49,418 nucleotides of DNA from an uncultured Lachnospiraceae bacterium (GTDB lineage Bacteria > Bacillota > Clostridia > Lachnospirales > Lachnospiraceae). The stretch is taken from NCBI GenBank assembly GCA_946536955.1, contig CAMNFJ010000001.1, positions 1 to 49,418 of the forward strand, written 5' to 3'. Below, one piece after another: positions 19,001-27,482 of this stretch. Position numbers and translations under genes: made by a program. Position 1 is the stretch's first letter. Every line of letters begins with the position of its first letter. The notes below the pieces were generated by a model. That model did no database searches. It saw only the letters and a program-made list of their open reading frames with translations, and was not told the DNA's origin.

Positions 19001-20106
19001 AAAAACTCGGCGGGGATGCCGGAAAGATCGGATCCGCCGCTTCAAAGATCAGGGAAGCCGGAGAAAAACTTGAACAGGGGAAAGATGGGATCAGCTCTCT
19101 CAAGGAGGGGGCAGAGAAGGTCCACGGAGGCCTTGACCAGCTGGACGGCGCCCTGGATTCGGCCGGCGGAGATATGGAAGAGCTGAAGAAAGCCGGAAGC
19201 TCCGTCGCGGCGGGCTCCAGGCAGGTCAGCGGCGGCGTCGATCAGCTCTACGCCTCCCTCTACGAAGGGAGCGAGGAAAACCCCGGTCTGGCCTCAGTCC
19301 TGGCCAAGCTCAAGTCCAACAATGAGGTCCTCAGCGGCGGATTCTCCCAGCTGCAGGACGGCGCGGCCAAAATCTCCAAGGGGATCAGCGAGGCGGATGC
19401 CGGCTCGGTCCAGCTGCAGGGCGGCATCCAGAAGTATACAGAGGGCACGGCCACGATCGGCAAGGGTGCCGACGACCTGGCGAAGGGAGCCAAAGCTGCC
19501 AAGGGCGGCGTGGGCAAGCTCTCGGACGGTGTCAGCGATTATCTGGACGGCGCGGACAAGGTGAGCGGAGGCGCGGATACCCTGGCTGAGGGGACCGCGA
19601 AGCTGAGCTCCAGTTCCGCGGACCTCAACAAGGGGGCCGGCAGCCTGGCTGACGGGGCAAAGACCCTGGCGGCTGGCACATCGGAAGCCGGAAAGGGTAT
19701 CTCGACCCTGGATGACGGACTGAAGAAATATATGCTGGGCGCGGAGGAGATCGCCAAGGGATCAAAGACCCTGGCGAACGGAACGCATGAGCTCAGCAAG
19801 AATTCTCCCAAGCTCAAGGACGGCACGGGCCAGCTGGTGGATGGCGTCGGCGAGTTCGTGGACGGCATGCAGGAGATGCTGGACGGCTGCGTTGAGCTCA
19901 ACGACGGCGTGCTCCGCTTCCGCGACGAAGGAATCCGCAAGCTGGCGGACATCTACAGGACCAATATCAAGTCCCTCGATGACAGCCTGATGGAGATCAA
20001 GGACGCCGCCGGGACCTACAAGACCTTCAGCGGAGCGCTTGACAATGAGGACAACAATGTCCGCTTTATCATCAAGACCGACAGCATCGAGACGGAAGAA
20101 GAGTGA
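16090..20106 (+). CDS. Large exported coiled-coil protein with X-X-X-Leu-X-X-Gly heptad repeats (YhgE/Pip-like)
   Basis: Signal peptide MKRKQFLALMLTVAVLAG; KEETVYV..VSNWLKN and YYLDGKEI..LAGKSGKVKIRIDY N-terminal domain; many GAxxLAxG heptads; C-terminal FIIKTDSI. Confidence 0.8.
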   Translation: MKRKQFLALMLTVAVLAGTNTTAVTSLAAERAASLAWGSPRSGAALDLRGTEGPETAPGAAAEDESDALEKAIADTVGKISTGASKEETVYVFTDAYGTQRDITVSNWLKNPEGKDKLEDYSDLQDIENVKGDETFDKNSDGIVWNAGGNDIYYQGKTSRQPPVSEKITYYLDGKEIAADQLAGKSGKVKIRIDYTNNVKYKDVYVPFAAVTGMAFSNDTAKNIKVDNGSVVTEGKNTMIVGMAFPGLEDSLKTVRGQSKEIIDKAGGMELDEDKTDAEKEADSLDREDAKNRIDDLDIPGSVEVTMDATNFKMSTCLTMVFSNLFEMDEEDEADFDEDHKDAFTDMDEAVVDVEDKGDELTDGTQELVDGVQEAKDGTDELYDGVKELADGVGEYTDGVDKVDDGAQALAKGAKTLTDNNETLSGGMKKLADGAKALDDGAKQLETGAGALAKGVQDYTGGADKVNQGAQDLAKGAGDLTGNNKDIRDGFSDLSGGAGDLAKGASDLSAGAAELNKNNEFLNQGISSLSAGMKTLGTGAETLEKGMSAFGSSLDIYTGAVASASDGLAGAKEGAKQLKDGAAALADDEKGAPAYVDGVNELIGRVGSVKESVGELKDGAGQVEEGLKGLSSSVDAVSGGIEAVAKAAGEAKGQADQAKEHAESAAGAAGDFIDDAKSAKDTIKKAADKADDLISKADEAKKAAGEAKDAASSMKTAADKAEKDAAGTGDEAKKQADSAASSVKEAKDAVEEISVAADKFKEAVPDSIDKIDTDGLDKEEASGDVSIDEGAIKDAVKDAAGDKLSDGEISKIAHAAAEEAKDQAKEAVSDVKDSLDKANNKLGEAKSRIESANDKIGGQNDALGKLDDKIDSAKSGVDSKVDAAKDKLDGAKEDAEKAGTKLKEAGDSLASAAGDLSDKAGTVSEKAKTASDKAGAVKTAADGFKSAADAAEDLSTGDLSSAKEKLEEDAEKLGGDAGKIGSAASKIREAGEKLEQGKDGISSLKEGAEKVHGGLDQLDGALDSAGGDMEELKKAGSSVAAGSRQVSGGVDQLYASLYEGSEENPGLASVLAKLKSNNEVLSGGFSQLQDGAAKISKGISEADAGSVQLQGGIQKYTEGTATIGKGADDLAKGAKAAKGGVGKLSDGVSDYLDGADKVSGGADTLAEGTAKLSSSSADLNKGAGSLADGAKTLAAGTSEAGKGISTLDDGLKKYMLGAEEIAKGSKTLANGTHELSKNSPKLKDGTGQLVDGVGEFVDGMQEMLDGCVELNDGVLRFRDEGIRKLADIYRTNIKSLDDSLMEIKDAAGTYKTFSGALDNEDNNVRFIIKTDSIETEEE

Positions 20107-20126
20107 AAAATCTTGCAGGTTGTACA

Positions 20127-20705
20127 ATGAATACACATACTTTTTTTATCATACTGATTTCCGTCTCGCTCGCGCTGGGCATCTACGGGGTCGTGGTCCA
20201 GAGGGGGGCCAACCTGGTCCGCTTTGACGGCAGGACCGCGGCCATGGCCTCGATCTGGGCCGGCCTGGAGCTGATCGCTTCCCTGGCCGGATACGGGATC
20301 GGCAGGTGGATCCTCCGATTTGAGATGGAGAGGGACCGCAGTCCCTTCTGGATCCACGTCCTGGCGGGGGCCATCTTCGCGGCGATCGGGATCCGCATGC
20401 TCTTTCTGGCCTTCCGCAAAAAGACCTTTCTGGAGCACAGGATGGAAGAGGTGGATATCCGGGCGGATGTCCTTCTGGCCCTGCACCTCTGCGTCCATGG
20501 CTTTTTTGCGGGCATTGCCTGCGGGATCCTCTGTCTGCGCCTGCCCCTGCTGGTCGGCGCGGTCTTTATCATCTCCGCGGCCTTTGCCGTGGGCGGCTAT
20601 ATCACCGGCCGGAACTGGGGCGTGGAGCCCAGTGACAAGGCCTATGCCCTTGGAGGCGGCATGCTCTGTCTGCTGGGCATTGCACTTCAGCTGCTGCCGC
20701 TCTGA
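20127..20705 (+). CDS. MntP-like (manganese efflux pump family) membrane protein, divergent
   Basis: About 192 aa, six hydrophobic helices in MntP-like spacing, C-terminal A..LGG..L.LLGI; canonical Asp motifs missing. Confidence 0.65.
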   Translation: MNTHTFFIILISVSLALGIYGVVVQRGANLVRFDGRTAAMASIWAGLELIASLAGYGIGRWILRFEMERDRSPFWIHVLAGAIFAAIGIRMLFLAFRKKTFLEHRMEEVDIRADVLLALHLCVHGFFAGIACGILCLRLPLLVGAVFIISAAFAVGGYITGRNWGVEPSDKAYALGGGMLCLLGIALQLLPL

Positions 20706-20710
20706 CCATT

Positions 20711-20756
20711 AAAAAACTCCCGCACCAGCCTGCCTGGCCGGTGCGGGAGTTTTTTT
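20711..20756. terminator. Bidirectional intrinsic terminator
   Basis: AAAAAACTCCCGCACC...GGTGCGGGAGTTTTTT between convergent genes. Confidence 0.9.
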
Positions 20757-20785
20757 CTGATATAGGATGGGACTGTCATTTAGAC

Positions 20786-20873
20786 GGGCGCCGCACTATT
20801 TTGTGACACAGTACCTGTCCCCCTGTCATGGGCGCTGCACTTTAAAGTGACACAGTGCCTGTCCCCCTGTCAC
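20786..20873. repeat. Two tandem 44-bp REP-like units
   Basis: GGGCGCyGCAC...GTGACACAGTrCCTGTCCCCCTGTCAy at 20786-20829 and 20830-20873. Confidence 0.8.
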
Positions 20874-20874
20874 A

Positions 20875-22557
20875 TTATTCAAAGATGGGCTGGATGGCCT
20901 CGGAGAGGGCGTCCTTCTCCGCGCGTGCGGCGGCGAGGTCCTTGCCCAGGGTGGTGTAGTAGGCCTTGATCTTGGGCTCGGTGCCGGAGGGGCGGACCAT
21001 GACCTTGGCGCCGTCCTCAAGGACATAGGAGAGGACGTTGGCCTTGGGCAGGCCGGTCTCCTCGGGCTTCTGATAATCGGTGACGGAGGCAACCTTGATG
21101 CCGCCGAACTCCTTGGGCGGGTTCTTGCGCAGGCTGCTCATGATATTGGCCATCTTGTCCATGCCGGAGAGGCCGGGGAACTCGACGGTATCGATCTCGT
21201 TGAGGTAGCGGCCGTACTGGGCGTAGATCTCCTCCAGGCGCTGCTTGATGGAGGAGCCGATGCTGCGGTAGTAGGCGGCCATCTCGCAGATGAGCATGGA
21301 GCCGATGATGGCGTCCTTGTCGCGGACATAGGGGCCTGCCAGGTAGCCGTAGCTCTCCTCGAAGCCGAAGATGAAGCGGTCGACTTCGCCGGCAGCCTCG
21401 AGCTGGGCGATCTGGTCGCCGATCCACTTGAAGCCGGTCAGGGTCTGGCGGAGCTCGACGCCGTAGTGCTCGGCGATCTTCTCGGCCAGAGGGGTGGAGA
21501 CGATGGACATGACGGCGACGGGCTTCTCGGGCATGGTGCCCTTTTCAATGCGGCCCGCGCAGATGTAGTCGAGCAGCAGGGCGCCCATCTCGTTGCCGGA
21601 GACCAGCTCGTAGGAGCCGTCCGGGCACTTCATGGCGATGCCGACGCGGTCCGCGTCGGGGTCGGTCGCCAGCATGAGGTCGGCGCCGACTTCCTTGGCC
21701 AGTTCCAGGCCCTTTTCCAGAGCCGCGAAAATCTCGGGATTGGGATAAGGGCAGGTGGTGAAGTAGCCGTTGGGATATTCCTGCTCGGGGACGATGGTGA
21801 TGTCGGTGATGCCCATGTCGCCCAGGATGTGGGTCACGGGCACGAGGCCGGTGCCGTTGAGCGGGGAGTAGACCAGCTTGAGGCCGGCTGTCCTGCACAG
21901 ACCCGGGCGGACCTGGCGGGCCTCGATGGCCTCATAGAGCGCGTTTTTGCAGTCCTCGCCGACGAATTTGATCAGGCCTCTCTCGACGCCTTCCGCGAAG
22001 GAGATGTAGTTGGCGCCGGTCAGGACGTCGGTCTTCTGGATCGCGTCATAGACGACCGCCGCCGCGTCGTCTGTCATCTGGCAGCCGTCGGGGCCGTAGG
22101 CCTTGAAGCCGTTGTATTTGGCGGGGTTGTGGGAGGCAGTGATCATGATGCCGGCGTTGCAGTTGTAATAGCGGGTGGCAAAACTCAGTGCCGGGACGGG
22201 CATCAGCTCGTCATAGATGCGGACATTGATGCCGTTGGCCGCGAGGACTCCAGCCGCGTCACGGGCGAAGTTCCAGCCCTTGAGACGGCTGTCATAGGAG
22301 ATCGCGACTGTCTGCGTGCCGCCCTGGGTCTTGACCCATTCCGCGACACCCTGCGTCGCCTGACGGACGACCCAGATATTCATGCGGTTGGTGCCTGCGC
22401 CGAGTGTTCCGCGCAGACCGGCGGTTCCGAAGGAAAGCGCGATCGCGAAGCGCTCCTTGATGGCGTTGTCATCGCCCTCAATGCTCTGCAGCTCCGTGTG
22501 GAGGTCACAGTCGATCAGATCAGCTTCCAGCCAGCGTTTGTATTCATCCTGATACAT
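20875..22557 (-). CDS. pgm: Phosphoglucomutase/phosphomannomutase
   Basis: FGTAGLRG, TASHNP, TDPDADR, FEESYG, RPSGTEPKIK motifs. Confidence 0.95.
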   Translation of the reverse strand: MYQDEYKRWLEADLIDCDLHTELQSIEGDDNAIKERFAIALSFGTAGLRGTLGAGTNRMNIWVVRQATQGVAEWVKTQGGTQTVAISYDSRLKGWNFARDAAGVLAANGINVRIYDELMPVPALSFATRYYNCNAGIMITASHNPAKYNGFKAYGPDGCQMTDDAAAVVYDAIQKTDVLTGANYISFAEGVERGLIKFVGEDCKNALYEAIEARQVRPGLCRTAGLKLVYSPLNGTGLVPVTHILGDMGITDITIVPEQEYPNGYFTTCPYPNPEIFAALEKGLELAKEVGADLMLATDPDADRVGIAMKCPDGSYELVSGNEMGALLLDYICAGRIEKGTMPEKPVAVMSIVSTPLAEKIAEHYGVELRQTLTGFKWIGDQIAQLEAAGEVDRFIFGFEESYGYLAGPYVRDKDAIIGSMLICEMAAYYRSIGSSIKQRLEEIYAQYGRYLNEIDTVEFPGLSGMDKMANIMSSLRKNPPKEFGGIKVASVTDYQKPEETGLPKANVLSYVLEDGAKVMVRPSGTEPKIKAYYTTLGKDLAAARAEKDALSEAIQPIFE

Positions 22558-22726
22558 AGTTTGCACCTGCTTTCTTGAAAAAAATGGTCAAAATGCTATA
22601 CTTTTCGAGAAAAACCGCACGGGAATCCGGCAATTTCTCTAAAGTAAACTATATAGTTTTTTCCCCCTCATGTCAATTGGCATATGGGCGGACGCGCATT
22701 GCAGCCGGCTTTCCGGGTCTTGGGGT

Positions 22727-22771
22727 ATCCATTGTGGAAAAGGCGAAAAAATGCTACTCTATAGGGCATGG
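22727..22771 (+). promoter_or_regulatory. Promoter copy 1, upstream of yfhO
   Basis: TTGTGG-17 bp-TACTCT with extended TG; 40/45 identical to 25426-25470. Confidence 0.65.
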
Positions 22772-22840
22772 GAAAAAGCTTTTTCATTTCACCCGCAGGA
22801 AATAAGGTATCCCCTGTTCCCGTCAGTCGAGGAGGTTGGT

Positions 22841-25390
22841 ATGGGACATAAGCGACGTTATCATTTAAGCGCTTCATTTTATGCTGTTCTGTTTACGCTG
22901 GTCATTGCTCTTTTTCTGACATGGAAGATCGGGCTGTACCCCTTCGGAGACCACTATTTCCGCTATCTGGATGCAGACCAGTATTACGGCTTTTACGGAT
23001 ATCTGCAGAATTCATTCTTTTCAAAAAGCAATCTTTTATACTCATGGGGGATCGGCCTCGGAGACGGCATGCTGAGCACATACGGCTACTATGCCTCGAG
23101 CCCCTTTAATCTTCTCCTGGTTTTTTTCCGGAATGATCTGATCCTGGGCATGCAGGTGATCACCCTGCTGAAGGTCCTCTTCATCTCGCTGTCCTTTTGC
23201 CTGCTGCTCGATCCCTTTGACCGGGATCATGCAATGGAAAAGGGTCTCTTCTCGACGGCGTATGCCTATACCGGATACGTTGTTTTTTATGCATGGAATC
23301 TTTCCTGGCTGGACGGCGCAGGTCTCCTTCCTTTAGTGATATTTGGCCTGAAAAAGCTCTTATATGAGAAAAAAAAGGCCCTCTATATCATTGCGATCGG
23401 GCTTGCGATTCTCGCGAATTTTTACACCGGCTATATGATCTGTCTTGCGAGCGGCATCTGCTATGCTGCTTACTGTCTCTACATTGATTCCGCGGAGCCG
23501 TTCAGCTTCAGGAGGCTTTTCACTACATTCGGGACCTATCTGGTCTCCTCCCTGTGGGGCGTGGCCCTGTCGGTGGTGCTGTTTGTTCCCACCATCATGG
23601 CTCTGCCTGAAAACAGAAAGCAGAGCCTCGTCCAGATGCTGCGCAGTATGAAGATCAATTTCTCCGCCGCGGATTTTGTCTCCACATTTTATACAGCCTC
23701 TGTTCTGCCCAGAGACAGCGCAGACAATCTCCCTGTGACTTTTATCGGCATCATCCCCTTTCTCCTGCTGTTTGCGTATTTCCTGAACCGGAAGATCCGC
23801 CTGCGGGAAAAGGTTCTGTCCCTGCTTCTGACCGCGGTATTTGTATGCTCTTTTGCGGTCAGCTTTTTCACTATCATCTGGCATGGATTTTCGGTCAATT
23901 TCTGGTTTAACTACAGATATTCCTTCATTTTCAGTTTCCTGCTGCTCCTGATCGCCTATCGGTCTCTGACAGCGCTTTCCCGAAACTGGAGGATCCTCGT
24001 GGTCTCGGAGATCCTGTTCCTGCTTCTGACTTTCCTGGTCTTCGGGATCGACAGGTCAAACAGGCTGCACTTTGACGCGAAAATATTCTACTGCGATATT
24101 GCCCTGAGTCTTGCGGGGGCTCTTCTTCTCATTTTTTACTGTACAAAGAAGGCGCTTCCGAAGACTGCGGCAACAGCGGGGCTGGTCCTGCTGGTCCTGC
24201 TGAATTCCGGAAGCAACGCCTTTATCCTCCTGCAGTCGCCGCTCCAGAAGACTTCTGTGCAGGCATATTTCTCCAGACTCCACACTTATGAGGCGGTCAA
24301 GCAGAACCTCCCGGACCGGACGGTTGCCAGGATCGGAAACGACAATACCTGGGGGCGGTGTGAGGCCTGCCAGTTTGATTACGCGGGGACTGCCGTCTAC
24401 GCGTCCACCATCGACATGGAGAAGCTGAAAGCGGCCAGAAGGCTTGGGCTTGCCTACAGGGCCCTGTGGTGTGAATATACCCTGCAGGCTCCCAGAAGCA
24501 CGGACAATCTGCTGGGCTATCATTACCTGCTCTCCGACAATGAATTCTACGGGAAAAAGTTCCGCTCCCTCGGGAAACAGGGGGATCAGTACGTCTATAA
24601 AAATAACGACGCGCTTCCTCTTATTTTTTCGGTCGACCACCTGATCGATGCCTGTGAGGATCTGAATGATTTTGAATATCAGAACAAGTTTTTTGAAAGC
24701 TTCCTGCCTGAGGACACGGTGCAGGGGAAGATCTTCGAGCCGGTTCCATTTGAGATCGATAAGGACAAGGCTTCCCACAACATAGAATATACCGTTCAGG
24801 ACTCCGGAGACAGCAAGGTCTATATCCAGCTTCCGATCCAGGAGATGAGTGTCAATGTCAGGAATTCCGGAGGAGAACAGGAAATCAAATATACGACTGC
24901 TCAGGAGATCTATCGCGTCGGGGAGCCTGATTCCGACGGCCTTCTGAAGGTGGAATTGAGCGCTGAACACAAGATCCCCTCAAGAGAAGTTTTTCTGTTT
25001 AAACAGCGGGAGGAGGTTGTGTCCGACTATGTTCAGCAGATCAGGGAAAGGCAGAACTGTGAGATCACAGAGCTCTCAAGCTCCCATCTGCGGATGGCTC
25101 TGAACGATCCGGCTGAAACGGTCTACACAACGACAATTCCTTATGACAGCGCATGGAAAGTGACTGTAGACGGAAAAAAGATCAGCACACAGGAAAATGC
25201 AGGATGTTTTCTTGCGTTCACCGTACCGGAAGGCAGTCATTCTGTTGATCTGGTCTATCACCCGAAGGGATTCCGGGCGGGAGCCATGATCTCCGCTGCG
25301 GCCCTGCTGCTTCTGATCCTGTCGGAACTCCCTGTTTTCAGGTCAAAAAGGAAGTATGCAAAGAAGCAGACTCTGAGGGATAACAGCTGA
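22841..25390 (+). CDS. yfhO: YfhO family GT-C membrane glycosyltransferase
   Basis: YPFGD..DADQYYGF, GYYASSPFNLL, WLDG..LLPL, NFYTGYMIC, FNYRYSF, TTIPYDSAWKVTVDG, G.H.V.L.Y.P.GF..G; GGAGG RBS. Confidence 0.9.
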   Translation: MGHKRRYHLSASFYAVLFTLVIALFLTWKIGLYPFGDHYFRYLDADQYYGFYGYLQNSFFSKSNLLYSWGIGLGDGMLSTYGYYASSPFNLLLVFFRNDLILGMQVITLLKVLFISLSFCLLLDPFDRDHAMEKGLFSTAYAYTGYVVFYAWNLSWLDGAGLLPLVIFGLKKLLYEKKKALYIIAIGLAILANFYTGYMICLASGICYAAYCLYIDSAEPFSFRRLFTTFGTYLVSSLWGVALSVVLFVPTIMALPENRKQSLVQMLRSMKINFSAADFVSTFYTASVLPRDSADNLPVTFIGIIPFLLLFAYFLNRKIRLREKVLSLLLTAVFVCSFAVSFFTIIWHGFSVNFWFNYRYSFIFSFLLLLIAYRSLTALSRNWRILVVSEILFLLLTFLVFGIDRSNRLHFDAKIFYCDIALSLAGALLLIFYCTKKALPKTAATAGLVLLVLLNSGSNAFILLQSPLQKTSVQAYFSRLHTYEAVKQNLPDRTVARIGNDNTWGRCEACQFDYAGTAVYASTIDMEKLKAARRLGLAYRALWCEYTLQAPRSTDNLLGYHYLLSDNEFYGKKFRSLGKQGDQYVYKNNDALPLIFSVDHLIDACEDLNDFEYQNKFFESFLPEDTVQGKIFEPVPFEIDKDKASHNIEYTVQDSGDSKVYIQLPIQEMSVNVRNSGGEQEIKYTTAQEIYRVGEPDSDGLLKVELSAEHKIPSREVFLFKQREEVVSDYVQQIRERQNCEITELSSSHLRMALNDPAETVYTTTIPYDSAWKVTVDGKKISTQENAGCFLAFTVPEGSHSVDLVYHPKGFRAGAMISAAALLLLILSELPVFRSKRKYAKKQTLRDNS

Positions 25391-25425
25391 TCAGACGCCG
25401 GATGCTGTTTTGCGGGAATTCAAGA

Positions 25426-25470
25426 ATCCATTGTGGAAAATGTAAAAAAATGCTACTCTATAAGGTATGG
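25426..25470 (+). promoter_or_regulatory. Promoter copy 2, upstream of the GT2 cluster
   Basis: Near-identical direct repeat of 22727-22771. Confidence 0.65.
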
Positions 25471-25541
25471 AAAAGGACGTCTTAAGATGAGAGACGGATC
25501 CGGAAACAAATCAACCAAAACTTAGTCAGGAGCAGCATGCC

Positions 25542-27113
25542 ATGAAGGCAAAGTCATATCATGAATGGTTTCTGCGGCACCAGGAGTATCTGACCGCGGA
25601 GCTCGCCAAAAAGCACAGTAAGTCCCAGGAGGAAAGCGGGGAGGGCGCCAGCCTTTCCGTCGAGGTGGTGACCTATTCCCATCTGAAAAACTATATCCTG
25701 TCGGGGGAGAGCCAGCCGGATATCCTGATCGCCTGTGACGACGACGGTCATCTGACGGACTATGCCGTTCAGCTGATATGTGACTTTTTCCTGGAAAATC
25801 CCAGGATCAACATGGTCTACGGAGACGAGGACCAGGTCGCGGACGGGGCCTTTGTCAATCCCTGGTTCAAGGCGGACTGGTCGCCGGATACTTTTTTATC
25901 GACCTTCTATTTCGGAAGTATCTTTGCCATCCGGTCCTCCACGCTGGGACTGATCAACCCCGGCAAGCGGACAGCCCAGGAATTCGAATCCGAATCCAGG
26001 ATCCTGGAGGACGCGGTCGAGGAGCAGGAAGCCAGGCGGAACGAGCCGGACACGGCCCTGCGGTCCTGGATCTACGGCAAGCTCTGCCTCAAGGTGGCCC
26101 AGGCGGACGGAGGTTTCTCCAGGCGCCGCGGCGAAGAGCTCCCGGTCGGTCATATAGCGGAGATCCTCTTCCACGCAGACAAAAAGCCGGAGCCCTGGGA
26201 CGCCGACCTGATCAGGGATTCCCTGACCGGCCGCTACAGCGCCGAGTCGGCCACGACCAGGCTGATCAGCATCATTATCCCCAGCAAGGACAATCCGGCC
26301 CTTCTGGAGCGCTGCGTCCGGTCCATTATCCAGCACGCCCATGTCCCCTTCGAGCTGATCATTGTCGACAACGGCAGCAGGGAGGACAACCGCGCCCGGA
26401 CACAGGCGCTGGTGGACGAGATCAACAACGGCGATATGGCCGCTTCCTATATTTATAAAAAGATGCCCTTCAATATGGCAGGGATGAACAACCTCGGGGC
26501 GGCGGCCGCCAACGGGGAGATGCTGCTCTTCCTCCATGATGATGTTGAGATCCGCAAGTCGGGCTGGCTGTCCCACCTGTCCGAAAAGGCCAAGCTCCCC
26601 TATGTGGGGGCGGTCGGCATGAAGCTGCTGTACCCGGATTCCAACCTCATCCAGCACGCCGGGATCATGTCCGTGGAGGACGGGCCGGTCTACAAGCTCC
26701 AGTACAAGAGCAATGGAGAGGTCTGGTACCACGGCTTCAACAAGGGTGTGCGCAATGTACTGGCCCTCTCCGGGGCCTGCATCATGGTCCGCCGCGATGT
26801 GTTTACGGAGGCCGGCGGCTTTGACGAACAGAATTTCCCGGACGTTTTTACAAATGTGGACTTCTGTTACCGCGTCTATGAGAACGGCTATTACAATGTC
26901 GTACGCAACAATATGTATCTGTATTACTTTGACCCGGTCTCTGAGGAAAATCTGGAGACCCTGGAACAGCGTGAAAAAAACAGGCCGGCTGAGCTGGAGG
27001 CTCTGGACAGGCTCCATCCGGGCAGAAGGGGAAATGATCCCTTCTACCACAGGTACCTGGCCCGGGAGAGCAGTGAAGTGAGATTTGTGCCCTCGCTGGA
27101 GCTGGAAGAGTGA
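25542..27113 (+). CDS. Glycosyltransferase family 2 protein (two-domain type)
   Basis: VYGDED..PWFKADWSPD; ISIIIPSKD, IIVDNGS, LLFLHDD, VGMKLLYP..IQHAG, SGACIMVRR. Confidence 0.88.
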   Translation: MKAKSYHEWFLRHQEYLTAELAKKHSKSQEESGEGASLSVEVVTYSHLKNYILSGESQPDILIACDDDGHLTDYAVQLICDFFLENPRINMVYGDEDQVADGAFVNPWFKADWSPDTFLSTFYFGSIFAIRSSTLGLINPGKRTAQEFESESRILEDAVEEQEARRNEPDTALRSWIYGKLCLKVAQADGGFSRRRGEELPVGHIAEILFHADKKPEPWDADLIRDSLTGRYSAESATTRLISIIIPSKDNPALLERCVRSIIQHAHVPFELIIVDNGSREDNRARTQALVDEINNGDMAASYIYKKMPFNMAGMNNLGAAAANGEMLLFLHDDVEIRKSGWLSHLSEKAKLPYVGAVGMKLLYPDSNLIQHAGIMSVEDGPVYKLQYKSNGEVWYHGFNKGVRNVLALSGACIMVRRDVFTEAGGFDEQNFPDVFTNVDFCYRVYENGYYNVVRNNMYLYYFDPVSEENLETLEQREKNRPAELEALDRLHPGRRGNDPFYHRYLARESSEVRFVPSLELEE

Positions 27114-27429
27114 AAAAAACGCTCGATAGCGTTTTTTTCACTCCGGAGGTTTGTGACGGAGCACAAACCTCCATCTGATGCAAAAGAGAAATCGTCTTCA
27201 CGAATTTCTCTTTTGCGATGCCTGCGCACTTCGCGCTCCGGCATGGTCGGAAAGATTGAAAAATCCTGTCGATACAGGATTTTTCAATCCGGTGCCTGTG
27301 CCGCAGGACGGCCCAGGCACCTGTGATCCTTTCGGAGAATTCGCCTTCGCGAAATTCTCCTCAGGGTGCCGCTCTTGCAAGCGGCATGCTGCGGAAGATT
27401 GAAAGAACGCTCGATAGCGTTTTTCACTC
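27108..27429 (+). repeat. Modular palindromic repeat, copy 2 (R-A-R-B-R)
   Basis: 36-bp palindromes at 27108-27143 and 27254-27289, degenerate third at 27397-27429; hairpin modules between. Confidence 0.92.
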
Positions 27430-27482
27430 CGGATGACTATTTTTTACGGACCCACAGACCGGGAGAGCAGTGAGGTACAGCC

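Noticed and set aside
16090-20106. Phage tape-measure protein or prophage
   Set aside because: Has a signal peptide and xxxLxxG heptads; no phage genes nearby
27108-27429. CRISPR array (36-bp repeats)
   Set aside because: Spacers are about 105-110 bp, structured, homologous to each other and shared with the 11790-12083 copy; no cas genes in the window
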